64,000 nucleotides of DNA from Octopus vulgaris (taxonomy: Eukaryota): positions 53,754,001 through 53,818,000 of the forward strand of contig OX597824.1 of the NCBI GenBank assembly GCA_951406725.2, given 5' to 3'. The position numbers were made by a program, and so were the translations under genes. The notes under the pieces were generated by a model. That model was not told where the DNA came from and ran no database searches. It saw only the letters and a program-made list of their open reading frames with translations. Below, piece after piece: positions 26,107-39,110 of this stretch (positions within the stretch are counted from its first letter, which is position 1; every line of letters starts with the position of its first letter).

Positions 26107-26515
26107 ATGGATAATTAAATTATAACAGTTATTATAGTCCACTCTGCATTGTTGTGCCATTCAAGACACGTTATATTTTAAATGTTATAATTTAAAATGT
26201 GATCTGTTGGTTTAAAATAAAAATTTATGGAATTAATTGACTTCAGCATACTGCTTCAACACTCACCAAAATCCATCTACCTGGAAGTTCGTTAGCATAT
26301 CCACTCAACTAATTTGATCTATGATGCTAATGAACTTCCAGGTAGATGGATTTTGGTGAGTGTTGAAGCAGTATGCTGAAGTCAATTAATTCCATAAATT
26401 TTTATTTTAAACCAACAGATCACATTTTAAATTATAACATTTAAAATATAACGTGTCTTGAATGGCACAACAATGCAAAGTGGACTATAATAACTGTTAT
26501 AATTTAATTATCCAT
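26107..26515. repeat. 192-bp near-perfect inverted repeat with a 25-nt loop
   Basis: Arms 26107-26298 and 26324-26515. Only two mismatches were found by eye. Confidence 0.97.
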
Positions 26516-26589
26516 AGTCTGATATGATAATAATATTTTGAAATACAAAAATTCCTTCTTTTGATATTGCTAGGAATTGATCAAGTCAC

Positions 26590-27871
26590 TGCTATAATCG
26601 GTTTTCCAACAGTTTACTGAATTTTTTTTTTCTGGAAGCATCTCTGCAGTGGTCTCACAAAGCTGCTTCCGGAATTCCTCATGAGAAGTGAATGAGGGTG
26701 GCCATGTCTCAAGTTCGTGTGTGCTGGCACATCCATAGTGCTGCTTCTAAGTTATGTATTACACTTGCAGTTTTTTTTATATAAAATACATAAGCAAGTT
26801 ATCAAAAATGAACCTACATGCATCCAGATGTAGCTAAATAATATATTGATTGCCAACCTCCAGCCTGTTGTTAATTTGGGGCCCTAGTCTGTCTATAAGG
26901 ATAGCTTCCTTAATTCTTAGATTACCCAAATTTCTTTCATTGGCCTCAATTGTGACTGTTATGCTTTTGCCGGTGTTCCGGCATCTGTCTAGATGTTTTG
27001 ATGCGAATGTGTAACGGTTTTGTTGTGCTACCCACATAGAACTTGTTGCATTTGTTACATTGTATTCTATACACAACATTTACCTATTGGCATAAATTTG
27101 TGTCGCAGATGGGGCAGTTAGCTAGTGTGCATTGATTGTTGTCCCTTGCTCGTTTCTTTGCAAGGTGTCTTCTCAGAGAGGGGCCAGAGTGGGCCAATTG
27201 TATGTCTAGTCCTTCTTTTCTTATGGCTCTTCGGATGGCTGTAGTTATCGTCTCACTAAAATGGAGTATTTTAAGGAAGCATGTGTTGCAATGGATATAA
27301 GGTACCTGTTGGTTTTCAATATCTCTAGGAAGCATGTGGTGTGGGTCACCTTGTCCTCTGTCCTGCTGCACTTGCTCTGGATGTGTGCAAGTTCACTTCT
27401 GGCGTATCCTATTTTGGCACTGAGTGAAAGGGCTGAACAAACATATCTCTACTGGCCGCTTTCCAGTAGAACTCGGTGTGGATCTCTCCTTCTGTTATTT
27501 TCAGTTGGAAGTCGAGTAGGGATCCAGTGTTGTTGGGATGTTCTATAGTGAACTGTATGCTCATGTCCATGTTGTTGAATGTCATGAATATTCTGTGTGC
27601 CTCTTCATGGGAGGATGCGAGTATGAGCAAGGGACAGCAATCAATGCACACTAGCTAACTGCCCCATCCATGACACAGATTTGTGCCAATGGGTAAATGT
27701 TGTGTAAAGAATACAATGTAACAAATGCATCAAGTTCTATGTGGGTAGCACAACAAAACCGTTACACATTTGCATCAAAGAACATCTGAACACGAGAGCT
27801 TCCTCCTTCAGAAAACATCTAGACAGATACCAGAACACCAGCAAAGGATAACGGTCACAATTGAGGCCAAT
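26590..27871 (-). mobile_element. Penelope-like element remnant with an inverted 5' duplicate
   Basis: RT C-terminus (IQFTIEHP...LLDF), C-x-C linker (CTLANCPIC) and GIY-YIG tail (LRIKEAILIDRLGPQIN). 27638-27871 is an inverted copy of 26940-27137. Confidence 0.85.
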
Positions 27872-28789
27872 AAAGGTGACACAAGGGAGGCAGCTGATAC
27901 TCTTTCAATCAGTCTAGGAACTGCTTGATCTTCTATCAAAAAATTTGGCTGTTGGTGGTCAAATTGTTTTGATAGTCTGGTGGCTATGATCTTTTCAAAC
28001 AGTTTGTATCAGTGAGACATATGGGTCAACAGTTTCTCAGACCTTCCCTGTCACTCATCTTATAAAATAAGGTAGTGTTCCACAGTGAAGGTATTTTTGG
28101 TTTCCATCTTTCAAATATAAACTGTGATGCAGGACAAAGATTTCTAACTACTCTTTTCTACTCCTTGTTGCTGTACCATCTTTTCCTAGGGTTTTATCTC
28201 TTTTCCTCAATATTAATGCATTCTCAACTTCACTGAGCAGAATGTGTGACACTTCTTCCAACATTTATAATAATGGAGGATGGAGTATCACTGATAACTT
28301 TTAAAAAATGGTATAAAACATTTTCACAGATCTAATCTATTTCCTTTTCGTCCATCATCATGAGTACAACTTTGTTCTTGAGCACCACTACCTCAGACTT
28401 ATATAACAATGCCATCTCTCTTTTACATTTCTTTAGACTTTTCCACTCTTCTGCATCTTACAGAGGCTCATTCAATCTATAATTCTTGAAGTTTCTTTCT
28501 AGAGGCTGTCATATTATCTTGCAGAGAACACGATTTTTTAATATAATTGATCATTTTTAACTTAAGCAAATCTTTCTTCAAATATATGTGTGAAAGTATG
28601 TGCATGTATGTGTGTATGTATATTCATACAAGTGTACCTGTAGGTGTATAATACTTACATATAAAGATATGAATTCTTACTATGTACCCTCTTCTACTAT
28701 TGTTTCTTCTTGTTGGCCAGAAACCTAAACTCCCCACATCTCTATTGCTCCTTTCTTTTTTTTCCCTTCTCCTTGCAACCACTTGTCCA

Positions 28790-29720
28790 CTCTTTCTTTC
28801 AAGTGCACAACTTTAGAGCAGACACAATCAATGTTAGTAAAATGAAAGCTAGGATTGGTGAGATTACTGAAATGCTAGAACAGAGGCAACATAGACCTGT
28901 GCTATGTGCAAGAGTTAAAATGGAGAGGAGCTTCATATTCCTCATGGTCAAAGAACATAAGTATAAATTCTTTGGGGTAGGCACCCATAATGGAGTGAAA
29001 GATGTAGGCATACTTTTGGTAGAAAATGGGTAGATGAAGTGTTTCAGTCAGAGTGTATGATAGGATAATCATGCTAAGATTAGTCCCAGATAAAACAAGT
29101 TACATTTATCTCCTCTTATACATCAGTCTCAGTTGGCAGATGAACAGAAAGACCAATTTTATGAAGTCTTTTACAAATTAATTCAATGAAGAATAACAGT
29201 AACTTCATTATTGTGGTTAGAGACTTCAACTGACATGCTGAGCAGTGCACACTGGTGGATTTCACAGTGTGCATGAAGGTTATGGCTTTGGTACTAGAAA
29301 ATCAGGAGGGAACAAGAAAGCTGGAATTCTGAAATGATAATGACTTGATGGTTTGCAACACTAGGGAACCAGCTAGCCACATGATCACAAGCAAGATTGA
29401 CTACATTCTTACCTGAAAATGGGATAAACAGATGCTTGTAAATGCAAAGTTTTTCCCATGTGTTGAATGTATAACCCAGCATAGGTTAGTGATTGGTGAC
29501 TTCTAGAAGTAGGACTTGGAAAAACAATCAAGTTGGGAAAAGAAAAATATAGAAGCCCAAAGACCCAACAAAGTTAGAAATTTAGAGGAATTCTAGTCAG
29601 AGCAACCAATGAAAATGAGGAGTTAGAGATACATAGCATAAAGGACAATTGGAAGTTCCTATGAGTCAACTACTAAGGGTTACAGGCCGTATCTGTAGCT
29701 AGTGTAAAGCCTCTCAAACA
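28790..29720 (+). mobile_element. Degenerate RTE endonuclease region
   Basis: Similar to 6950-7740 (KEHKYKFF...VGILL, acagaaagaccaatt). Confidence 0.75.
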
Positions 29721-29729
29721 TTCTCTCAT

Positions 29730-29995
29730 GGGGCCGAAGAGATGATAGTCTAGTGATGAGGAAGTGAAAACTGTAGTGAAGTGTCTCAAAGAACAGTCAA
29801 CAGAATTTCAAGGGGCAGGGATACATGCTCTCATTCAAAGGTGGAACATTGCTATTGAGAGAAACAGTGACTATGTTGAGAAGTAGGGATGTGATCCACA
29901 GAAGACCAGCTTCATTTTGATATATGATACATGTTCCTGTGTTGGTAATTATACCTGTCCTAAACAAAATGGCATTACTTTTTGACTCACCCTCG
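29730..29995 (+). mobile_element. mariner 3' end
   Basis: GIHALIQRWNIAIERNSDYVEK* is a mariner C-terminus, followed by the TIR ttactttttgactcaccctcg|TA. Confidence 0.85.
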
Positions 29996-30099
29996 TATAT
30001 ATATATACAGTAGACCCCCACTTTATAAATCCATCTTGGGACCCCTATTTTAGATTTATTAAACGAGGTATTTATTAACAGAGGGAACAAAATTCGCAA

Positions 30100-31165
30100 A
30101 TAACAAGCGGTGTCCCACAGGGCACTGTCTTGGGGCCACTGATGTTCATAGTGGCCCTTTCAGACATGCCTTCAGTTGCTACGATGACCACCCTTGCTAG
30201 CTATGCAGATGACACAAAAGTCTCCCACGCAATACAAAACCCTGAAAATATTGCGCATCTGCAACATGAGCTGGACACAATATACAGGTGGGCTGAGGAC
30301 AACAACATGCAGTTTAATGCAGGTAAGTTCCAGGCCCTGCGCTACTGGCACACAAAGGTAAATGACGTGAAGACTGGATACACTGGCCCAGGAAGAATTG
30401 CAATCCCTGAGTCAAAATCAGTGCGTGACCTGGGCATTGACATGAGCAATGATGCATCTTTCCAAATGCATATTGCTAATCTGGTGATAAAATGCAGACG
30501 GCTAGCTGGATGGATTCTCCGAACTTTCAGAACAAGAGAGAAGGAGACACTGATGGTCCTATGGAAAACATTCGTCCTCAGCCGCTTGGACTACTGCTCC
30601 CAACTTTGGTCACCACACAATATAAAACTAACAGCAGAACTCGAAGCAATTCAGGGAAGCTACACAAAGAAAATCGTCTCAATGCAAAATATCAGCTACT
30701 GGGAAAGACTGAAGGTATTAAACCTCTTCTCCCTAGAGCGGAGGCGGGAGAGATATGCGGTGATATACATCTGGAAAATCCTGGAGGGTCTTGTCCCAAA
30801 CTTTGGCATTAAAAGTTACTCCAACCGCAGAACGGGGCGCCACTGCATGGTGCCAAGGATTCCAACATCACCATCAAAATACAGGTCCAGATACTGCAAC
30901 AGCTTGGGTTTCAGAGGACCACAGCTATTTAACATCCTCCCTAAATGCCTGAGAGAGTTACATGGTGTGGATGTGGGTTTCTTTAAAACTAAACTGAATC
31001 TCTTCTTGTTGGGAGTCCCAGATGAGCCTACCTCACGACAGGAGACATGGATGCGGGCAGCAGCATCGAACTCCCTTGTTGATCAAGTGCCACGTATCAC
31101 AAATTAGTGTAGCTCATTCAGCGGTGGTGCCCCAGCATGGCTGCGGCCTTCGGGCTAAAACATTT
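30100..31165 (+). mobile_element. 5'-truncated CR1-group LINE with an open RT C-terminal ORF (30130-31107)
   Basis: GVPQGTVLGPLMF, YADDTK, RDLG, LDYCSQLWSP and LFSLERRR motifs, a short 3' stem-loop and a repeat tail. Confidence 0.9.
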
Positions 31166-33296
31166 TTAATGATTTAATGATATTGATTAAACATGTGTAT
31201 TTATTAATATACAAACATGTGAATGCACAAATAAAAACATTATAAAAAATGTCATTGAATGAAAAATTTGTTGAGTGTTGTTTGCCTTACTGGATGCTTT
31301 GTTTGCAACTCTGCATTGATTTTTTTCCTTAAGAGTTCTAAAAAGAGCCATGTCACTGAAATCAAAACTTTCAAGGCCACTTTCTAATCAAGTTAGATAG
31401 CATCTCATTTCAAATGGTGTTGGAGGCTCCGGGACTCTTTCATCAACATTGGAATTGCCATCTTCTCCTCTGGTTTCCTTCTCAGATTGCCGAATGTCAT
31501 GAATGATCTCGTCTAGTTTTCTTCTTCAGTGATGATCCCTGGAGCAACAACAGCCCCATCATCTACAGACAGCTAGTTCTCGAATTGCTTTTTGGTCAAT
31601 CCAGTAGGCAGTAAAGGCAGGATCAAATCTTTGTTAATATCTATGGTTTCATTTGATTCTTTAGCAGAAACAAAACCAGCTTTGATTTAACAATGTTTGA
31701 TTGTCTGGCTAGAGACCTCCTTCCAAGTTACACTTAACATGTACATGGCAACCAAAATGGTGATCCGCTTTGCAAAAATGTCACGTTCAGTGTCTTCCAA
31801 AACATCAATGATCTTCTTGTGCATTTCATGTCTGAAGTAGGCCTCAAGGGCTTGATTATCCCCATGTCACAGGCCAGCAGCACTGACCTTGTGTTGGGAA
31901 GAAGAAATTTTAAAGTGATATTCTTGAGATCATCAATGACTACATGAGAAGAGCAACTGTCAAGTAGGACCACCAGTTGTCTTCCAGATTCCTGCAAACG
32001 ATGATCCCAAGATCTGAGCCAACTTCCATAGATTTTGTCATCTAAGCATTGGTTGAAAAGTCATACTGAATTGGAAGTGTTTTGACATTTTTGAAGTATC
32101 TTGGTGAACCAGCCTTTCCGATTAAGAGCAAGTCTTCTTTGTCTCCATTCATGTTGCAGGCCACCATCAAGGTCACATGGTCCTTTGCTGTCTTAACTCC
32201 TCACAGTTTTCTTGCATCTCTCGTAGACATACGTATTTCCTGGTAATGCACGAAAGTAAATCCCAGTTTCATTAGCATTGTAGATGTCCTGTGGCCTATA
32301 CAATTTCAACAGAAGCTGCATGATCATCTCATGAAATTGATGGGCTCCATTGACATCAGCTTCAGCCGCATCACCTGCAAAGTATGGGATGTTTAATTTG
32401 TGTTCTCTAAAGAGAAAAATGTGAACTAGTGAACTACAATGCTTACCTTTTAGAACCATAAGAAAGATTCTATGTCTTTTTTGCCAACAGCAAAACCAAC
32501 TTTCAGATACCTTAAAATCATGTCTACCAATTGGAGCAATGGTGTTGGCTTTGTGCATTAGGATCGGGCCATTGACAGGGACATTTCTCAAGTGAATAAA
32601 TTGAAACCAATCGTAGAGAGCACAGTCTGTCTGTTGGTCTTTTCCTTCTCGCTGGCACTTTCTCTTTGATGAACAGCCATCATGTTCTTTGGCACGAAGG
32701 TCATCCTCATTCTTTAGCAAATTCTGGAGCAGACCTCTTGAAATTCCTAAACTCTGTGCTGCTTCCCACTGAGTTGTTTTTCCAAGAGCTTTGTAACATT
32801 CTAACAATTGAATCTTTTCTGCCACAGATTTGTCTTGCCTCTCTCTTTTCATTTTGAACAACTTGTGTGTATGTCTGCCTCTCTGCACAAATGATGAATG
32901 ACATGTCTCTTTGGCCCTTAAATACTGACAGGTAGGCTCCATCAGCCACAACCAGCCAGCTGTCACGTGTCCACACCATTATGCAATGAATGAGAAGGAC
33001 ACACAATTTTGACAAGGTGTCTTGGAGCCTTTTTTTTTTGCTTGAATGACAGGGTTGTGTGGTAGACTTCAGCAGCCACTGTCAACTACTACATATTTAT
33101 TGATCTATTTTTGGATGATGGAATGTACTGCATGACAGCTGGCTGGCTGTGGCTGCTGGAGCCTACCTGTCAGTATTTAAGAGTGAAAAAAAGCACTTCA
33201 TTCATTCACTGCAACATGTTGAAACTTTAAGAAGGAGCAGTGACAATTAGATTTATTAAACTAGCGATTTTATGTGTAAAAATGTGTAAAAATTCC

Positions 33297-33676
33297 AGGC
33301 GCAGGAGTGGCTGTGTGGTAAGTTGCTTGCTAACCAACCACATGGTTCCGGGTTCAGTCCCACTGCGTGGCATCTTGGGCAAGTGTCTTCTGCTATAGCC
33401 CCGGGCTGACCAATGCCTTGTGAGTGGATTTGGTAGACGGAAACTGAAAGAAGCCTGTCGTATATATGTATATATATGTGTGTGTGTGCGTATGTGTTTG
33501 TGTGCCTGTGTTTGTCCCCCTAGCATTGCTTGACAACCGATGCTGGTGTGTTTACGTCCCCGTCACTTAGCGGTTTGGCAAAAGAGACCGATAGAATAAG
33601 TACTAAAAGGCGGTGCTCCAGCATGGCCGCAGTCTAATGACTGAAACAAGTAAAAGAGTAAAAGAGTAAAAGAGTA
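33297..33676 (+). mobile_element. Near full-length tRNA-derived SINE
   Basis: A/B boxes (tggctgtgtggtaag, gggttcagtccc), cttgggcaagt core, internal (TA/TG)n and a (AAAGAGTA)n tail. Confidence 0.9.
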
Positions 33677-33748
33677 TTCCGACCCATTTTGGATACATTA
33701 AATGGGTGGATTTATTATCAGTGAATTTATAAAGTGGGATCTACTCTA

Positions 33749-36130
33749 TTAGCAATGCATTCCGGTGTTGCCTGGGTGTTATGACCTACAGCCATATTGT
33801 GTTATTTGTTCCTTTCTTATGAGCAGAATCAGCAGAGCGCTGATATATAGTGAACTGGATTACTGAAAGTTATTGTTTGTTTAAAAGTGAAGGGGGGAGG
33901 GTACAATTTGCATGGGTTTGCATGAAAGTGCTTTCTGTTCTTAAGAAGGATCACTAACTATGTATTGTTTCATCGTTTGAAAGGGAGTTAATATGATTTT
34001 GCTCAGAAATCACATTTTCAAAATTTTAGTCACCCCCCCCCCCCATTTCCTAATTTGTATCTTTTTTATGAAATGTTTTTTTTTTATCCATGTAGAAAAA
34101 TATAGTGATTGCAAATCTGAGAAATTTTTTTTTTCAAAAGTTTAATTTTTCTTTAAAAAACGCCCCTTTCCCCACCCATCACCTACCTGCTTTCAAAAAG
34201 CTAAAAACACCCAGTGTTTCACTTTCATCTGATGTTTCATGTATGCATAGAATTGTACTGAAATAGCAGATGTAAAAAATATTAGAGTACCACTAGAAAC
34301 ACCGACATGCTAGAAACAACAGGTAAATGACAATATTTCTGAAGAAACTTCCCCGCTTTCCAAAAAGCTAAAAGTGAAACATTAGGAAATTGTAGCTTTT
34401 TGAAAGTGATGGGTGGATTCTTGGGAAGGAGATTTTAGTGTGTCTTTAAGAAAGAAGAAAGAAGAAAATTCATAAAGATTTGTACTCTCTGTTTTTTTTT
34501 CCTTGTGGATTACCAAGAAAAAATTCGAAAAAGTAAAAAATGAAGAAATTGCAAAGGGGAGAGAGAAAATTAAATATTGAGAACGTGTTTTTTGGCCGAA
34601 ATCCTTATCACTTGTATTGAAAACATAGGGATCAGGAAGAAATTTAGGGAAAAAAATCAGGCGGGAGGAGGCAAATGTCACCTCAGATTTGAGCAGTAAT
34701 TTTTCACTTGCAAATAGATAACATAATTCATACAGAAGTTTTAGCGAGAGAGTGTGTGTGTGTGTGTGTGTGAGTGTGCCAAAGGAAGTTATTTTATGGT
34801 ATTCTTTCATTTGAAGCAAGAAAGTTGTCAACTCATCATATGGGATCATATAATTGCTTGTTAATTTCCATAAAATTTTTAATTTCTTTATGCTTCAAAG
34901 AGAGCAGAAATTGAAAGAGAGAAAGTGAAAAGGCAACATTTGCTTTGAAGTGAGAGCAGAAAGTGAAAGAGAGAAGAAAGTGTAAGATGTATATATATGT
35001 ATATAAAATGGATATATGTGTGAGAGAGAGAGCGAGAGAGAGGGAGAGAAAGAGAGAGGAGGTGTGTGTTGTCATGTATGTATTTTTTGCATGTGTCATT
35101 AGCACCCACTTGCTCTTTCTCTCTCTCTTTGAAACACACATTATCTTTCATATACACATACATAAAAATATATGCATACATCTTTTTTGTATGTATGTGT
35201 GCGTGTGCATGTGAGAAAGAAAGTGAGAAACTGTATTTCCTCATAACATCATCATCATCATCGTTTAACGTCCGCTTTCCATGCTAGCATGGGTTATATA
35301 GAGAAATGGATATCTTTTAAGGTACACACTCATACAGAAAATGTGACGTTGTCAAGGTATAAAATGTCATTTAGGATAGTTGAATTATAGAAAGATGATA
35401 ATGTTAAATTTTTGTAATGCTAATATGTAAATGAAAATAAAGTTTATTTGTTAGCTGAAAGATTACTGAATCTTTTGATACCCCATACATCAAAATTGGT
35501 AACTCAGTTTTCAAATGTATTCGTTAAATTCTGTAAATTTTTTTTATTTCTTTATGCTTTAAAGAGAGCAGAAATTGAAAGAGGTGAAACTGTGACATTT
35601 GCTTTGAAGTGAGAGGAGAAAGTGAAAGATGTATGTACATGTATATAAAATGGACGTGTGTGTGTTTGTGTGCGAGATACAGAGAGGAGAGAGAGTAAAG
35701 GTGTGTTGTCATATACGTGTCAGTGGCACTTGCTCGGTTTCTCTCTCTCTCTCACACACACACATCTTTCATATACACATACATAAATACATATGCATAC
35801 ATCTTTTTTGTATATATGTGTGCATATGTATGTGAAAGAGAGAGTGATTGTATTTCCTCATAACACGTAGAGAAATGGATGTCTTTTAAGGTATAGAATA
35901 TGCCATGTCTTCATTGTATAAAATGTTTACAATAGTTGACTTATAGAAAAGATTATAATGTAAAATTTTAGTAATGCAAATATGTAAATGAAAATAAAGT
36001 TTATTTGGTAATTGTAAGATTACTGAATCTTTTGAAACTCAATACGTCAAAATTGGCAGCTCCGTTTTTTGAAAGCATAAGGAAGATATGCACACACATA
36101 CACATACAAACTCTCTTTTATATATATGGA
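33749..36130 (-). mobile_element. Non-autonomous Helitron-like element with an internal ~670-bp tandem duplication
   Basis: Terminal hairpin near 33765. 34860-35520 and 35530-36060 are diverged direct repeats, and an RTE tail is inserted at 35246-35296. Confidence 0.6.
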
Positions 36131-37444
36131 AGTGTCCCTGCCTGTCACTCACATTTCTTGTGTGTCTCTCTTCCTGTCTCCTCCCCTTCCCTGATATCAG
36201 CCACCCTCATTATGCCACATTTCCCTCAATCTAACATTTTTGCATCCCTCTCATTTTATCATGTACTAGCCCAACCCCCATAATCAATCCATTATTGAAA
36301 TCCAATTAGCCTATAATTGAACTGGGTGTTAGTTGAACATGTATACAAAGTTTGGTAAAGATTGGTTCCCTGGTTTGGGCAGCAAGATGGTAACAGACAG
36401 GCAGAAATTACCATTTATACATAAGATATATATATATTTGCGTGGCACCTTGGAAGGGTAGAATCAAAGTGATAAAAGGATATATATATGTATCAACAAG
36501 GATTGCGGTTAAGTCAGTACATTGAACAAATTCCCATTGTGGTTTTCAGTCCAAGTTATAGCTCATCATACTGAAACGAACTTAGCATTTCCTCCTTTAT
36601 AAAATTGAGAAAAGAAGTACCAGGCAATGTACTGAGGTTGTAACAATTGAGTACAAGCCTTGAAGACAATGTCTTACAATGGCTACAGCCCCCAAAAAAC
36701 TGAAACCAGTAAAAAAATAAAAATGGGGGGAAGGAAGTTTATTTCTGTTCTTTTTTCTTTTTCATATTTATATCACTGGAATGGGTTTGTTAAATAGAAC
36801 CATGTTTCTTTGGGAACTATCTAGAAATATGGAATTGTATCTGGTTTTATAATTGAACATCTTTCCTTTTACCATTTTACAATAAGTGATTTGCAGATAT
36901 ATCAGTTGCATCTGACTCTAGGACACATATATAAATTGGTAGTAATTCTGGCTCAATAAAATATTGCAAATTTTCAAAATTACAAATATAATGTGCAACA
37001 TAAAACAGAATAAGACTTTAATTTTTAAAATTATTATAATCAAAGAACAAGGTCCATTTATGAACTAAACAACAAACACTTTAGAAACAGTAGTTCACTT
37101 AATTATTAGACCTATAAAATGATTAAACATTCAGTTTTGACATTAAAAAGTAAATCTGTTTGAAGGATCACAATATAAAGAAACCTGCTCCACAAAAGTA
37201 AAGCAGTATAATAAATTTCTATTGAACCTGGTTTTAAACAACAGAGTCAAGAATTATTTCTTTGTTCTGATGCTAATTCAAAGGCTTCCACTTCTTCAAC
37301 CCTAATGCCTTCATGTATTACAAAGTATCATAAAAAAAAGGGAAATGTTTGTCAAAAAACAAAAGAATATATAATTTTCAGTGAAAATTATCATACAAAA
37401 TATGCACAGGCTGTTAGAAAATAAATACTAAAGCTTTCAGATTT

Positions 37445-39110
37445 CATCATCATCATCATCATGGCATGGGTCGAATGGTTTGACAGGAGCTGGCCAGGCA
37501 GGAGCCTGCACCAGACTGCTGCATCTGTTTTGGCACAGTTTTTACAGCTGGGTGCCCTTCCTAATATTAACCACCCAGCAGATGAACAGAGTGCTTTTTA
37601 CATGGCATAAACACAGGCAAGGTCAGTTTTGGTATGGTTTTTACAGCTGGATGCCCTTCCAAATGTCAACCACTTTACAGTGTGAACTGGATGCCTTTTG
37701 TGGGTCACCAACACTGGCAGTTTCACCAAGTAACTTGCAAGACAAAGATCCTTTGAGGGGAGAGGGGGAACTAGAAGAGGTGATCTTGTGTCAAAAGGTT
37801 TGAGTGTGACAGAGAGACATGGACAAGTGTCTTGTTGTAGATGAGGTACATGGTACCCAGTCTGAGAGAGAGAGAGAGTGATCAAGAATGAGATCAGAAA
37901 CAGGTGTGCTGCTGTAAAGGGGATACATGGCTATCCAACCTGAGGGAAGAGTTAGAGAAAGAAAGAAAGAGAGAGGGGAGGGAGAGAGATAGAGACAGCA
38001 AGAGTGCAAGACAGAGCAGGAGAGAGATGGTAGTGAAGTGCCGGGGCATACTCATAAGGAACAGGGATAGTAGAGAGAGATAGGTGGTGGCAAGTGCTAG
38101 AGCATACCCTCAAGCTATGGAAGTCATAGTATAAGTGGGAGTGTGTTACTAAGGAAGCATAAGGGCCAAGAGTAGTGCAGTGACTAGAGAAAACCTGGGT
38201 ATATAGAGGAGGTGGGGACTACAGGATAGCAATGATACAGTGAGAAGGGCCATGAGGATAGGATTGGGGAGTGAGAGATAAGCATAATGCATGAAGAGGA
38301 AATGTGAGAAAGAGAAGAGATGTAGTTTGGTTTGTTGGGATGGGGTGTATGGAAAGTTTCATTGTTACATGTGGATAGAACACAGCACTTCTAGAACTGT
38401 TTTGCTGACATAGGCAGTTCTTCTGAAAAACATCATATCGCCAGACATCTCGATCCATTGTCATTTCTTCCATGAGGCTCAACGACCTGAGACCAGTCCT
38501 AACCACATCATCCCATGTCTTCCTGGATCTCCCTCTTCCACAGGTACCATTCACTTTCAGTTATCAACACTTTATACAGCTGTCTTCATCAGTGTGTATG
38601 TACATACACACTGATGTTACACATCTAACAGAGCATACTGCCTTCATTTCCCTCTAATCTACACATGTCTTATGCATTCAGGCCCATGTCTCACTACCAT
38701 GGGGTATAGCCATCCGCACACAAGCATTATGCAATCTACCTTTCAGTCTAAGAGAGAGTTCTTTTGTTGCCAACAGAGGTAATAGTTCTCTGAACTTCCT
38801 CCATCCTATTCTTATTCTAGAAACAATACTTCCAGAGCTAATTTGGTCACCTAGGTAACAGAAACTATCTACAACCTCAAGAGAGCCTCCTGGGCATTTG
38901 AGACAGTCTAAGTCCTGTATGCCCTTGGTGTTCATTGGTCCTGCACATCTGCCACATACAAAGATGACTTCATCTGTCAATCTACCTGAGATTCCACTGC
39001 ACCTCTTATGTGTCCATAGCTTACACTGGGTGCAACGAATTACTTCCAACTCCTTTCCTACATATTGAGCAGGACCATTTACCTGACAGAAAGAGAGTCT
39101 TATCTGCTTT
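37445..39110 (-). mobile_element. Degenerate RTE LINE 3' portion
   Basis: CTQCKLWTHKRC...VDSFCYLG...HGSETW and GRGRSRKTW motifs, with a (CAT)n end. Confidence 0.9.

Larger units (their letters stand above)
30008..33746 (-). mobile_element. pogo/Tigger transposon with an intron-containing transposase (decayed)
   Basis: TIRs cagtagacccccactttataaatc / gaatttataaagtgggatctactc with TA flanks. HTH region plus DDE motifs (IYNANETGIYFR, LLDSCSSH, ACDMGII). Confidence 0.9.

Noticed and set aside
34382-35835. Several 60-155-aa ORFs
   Set aside because: They fall in low-complexity tandem subrepeats of a non-autonomous element and show no domain signal.
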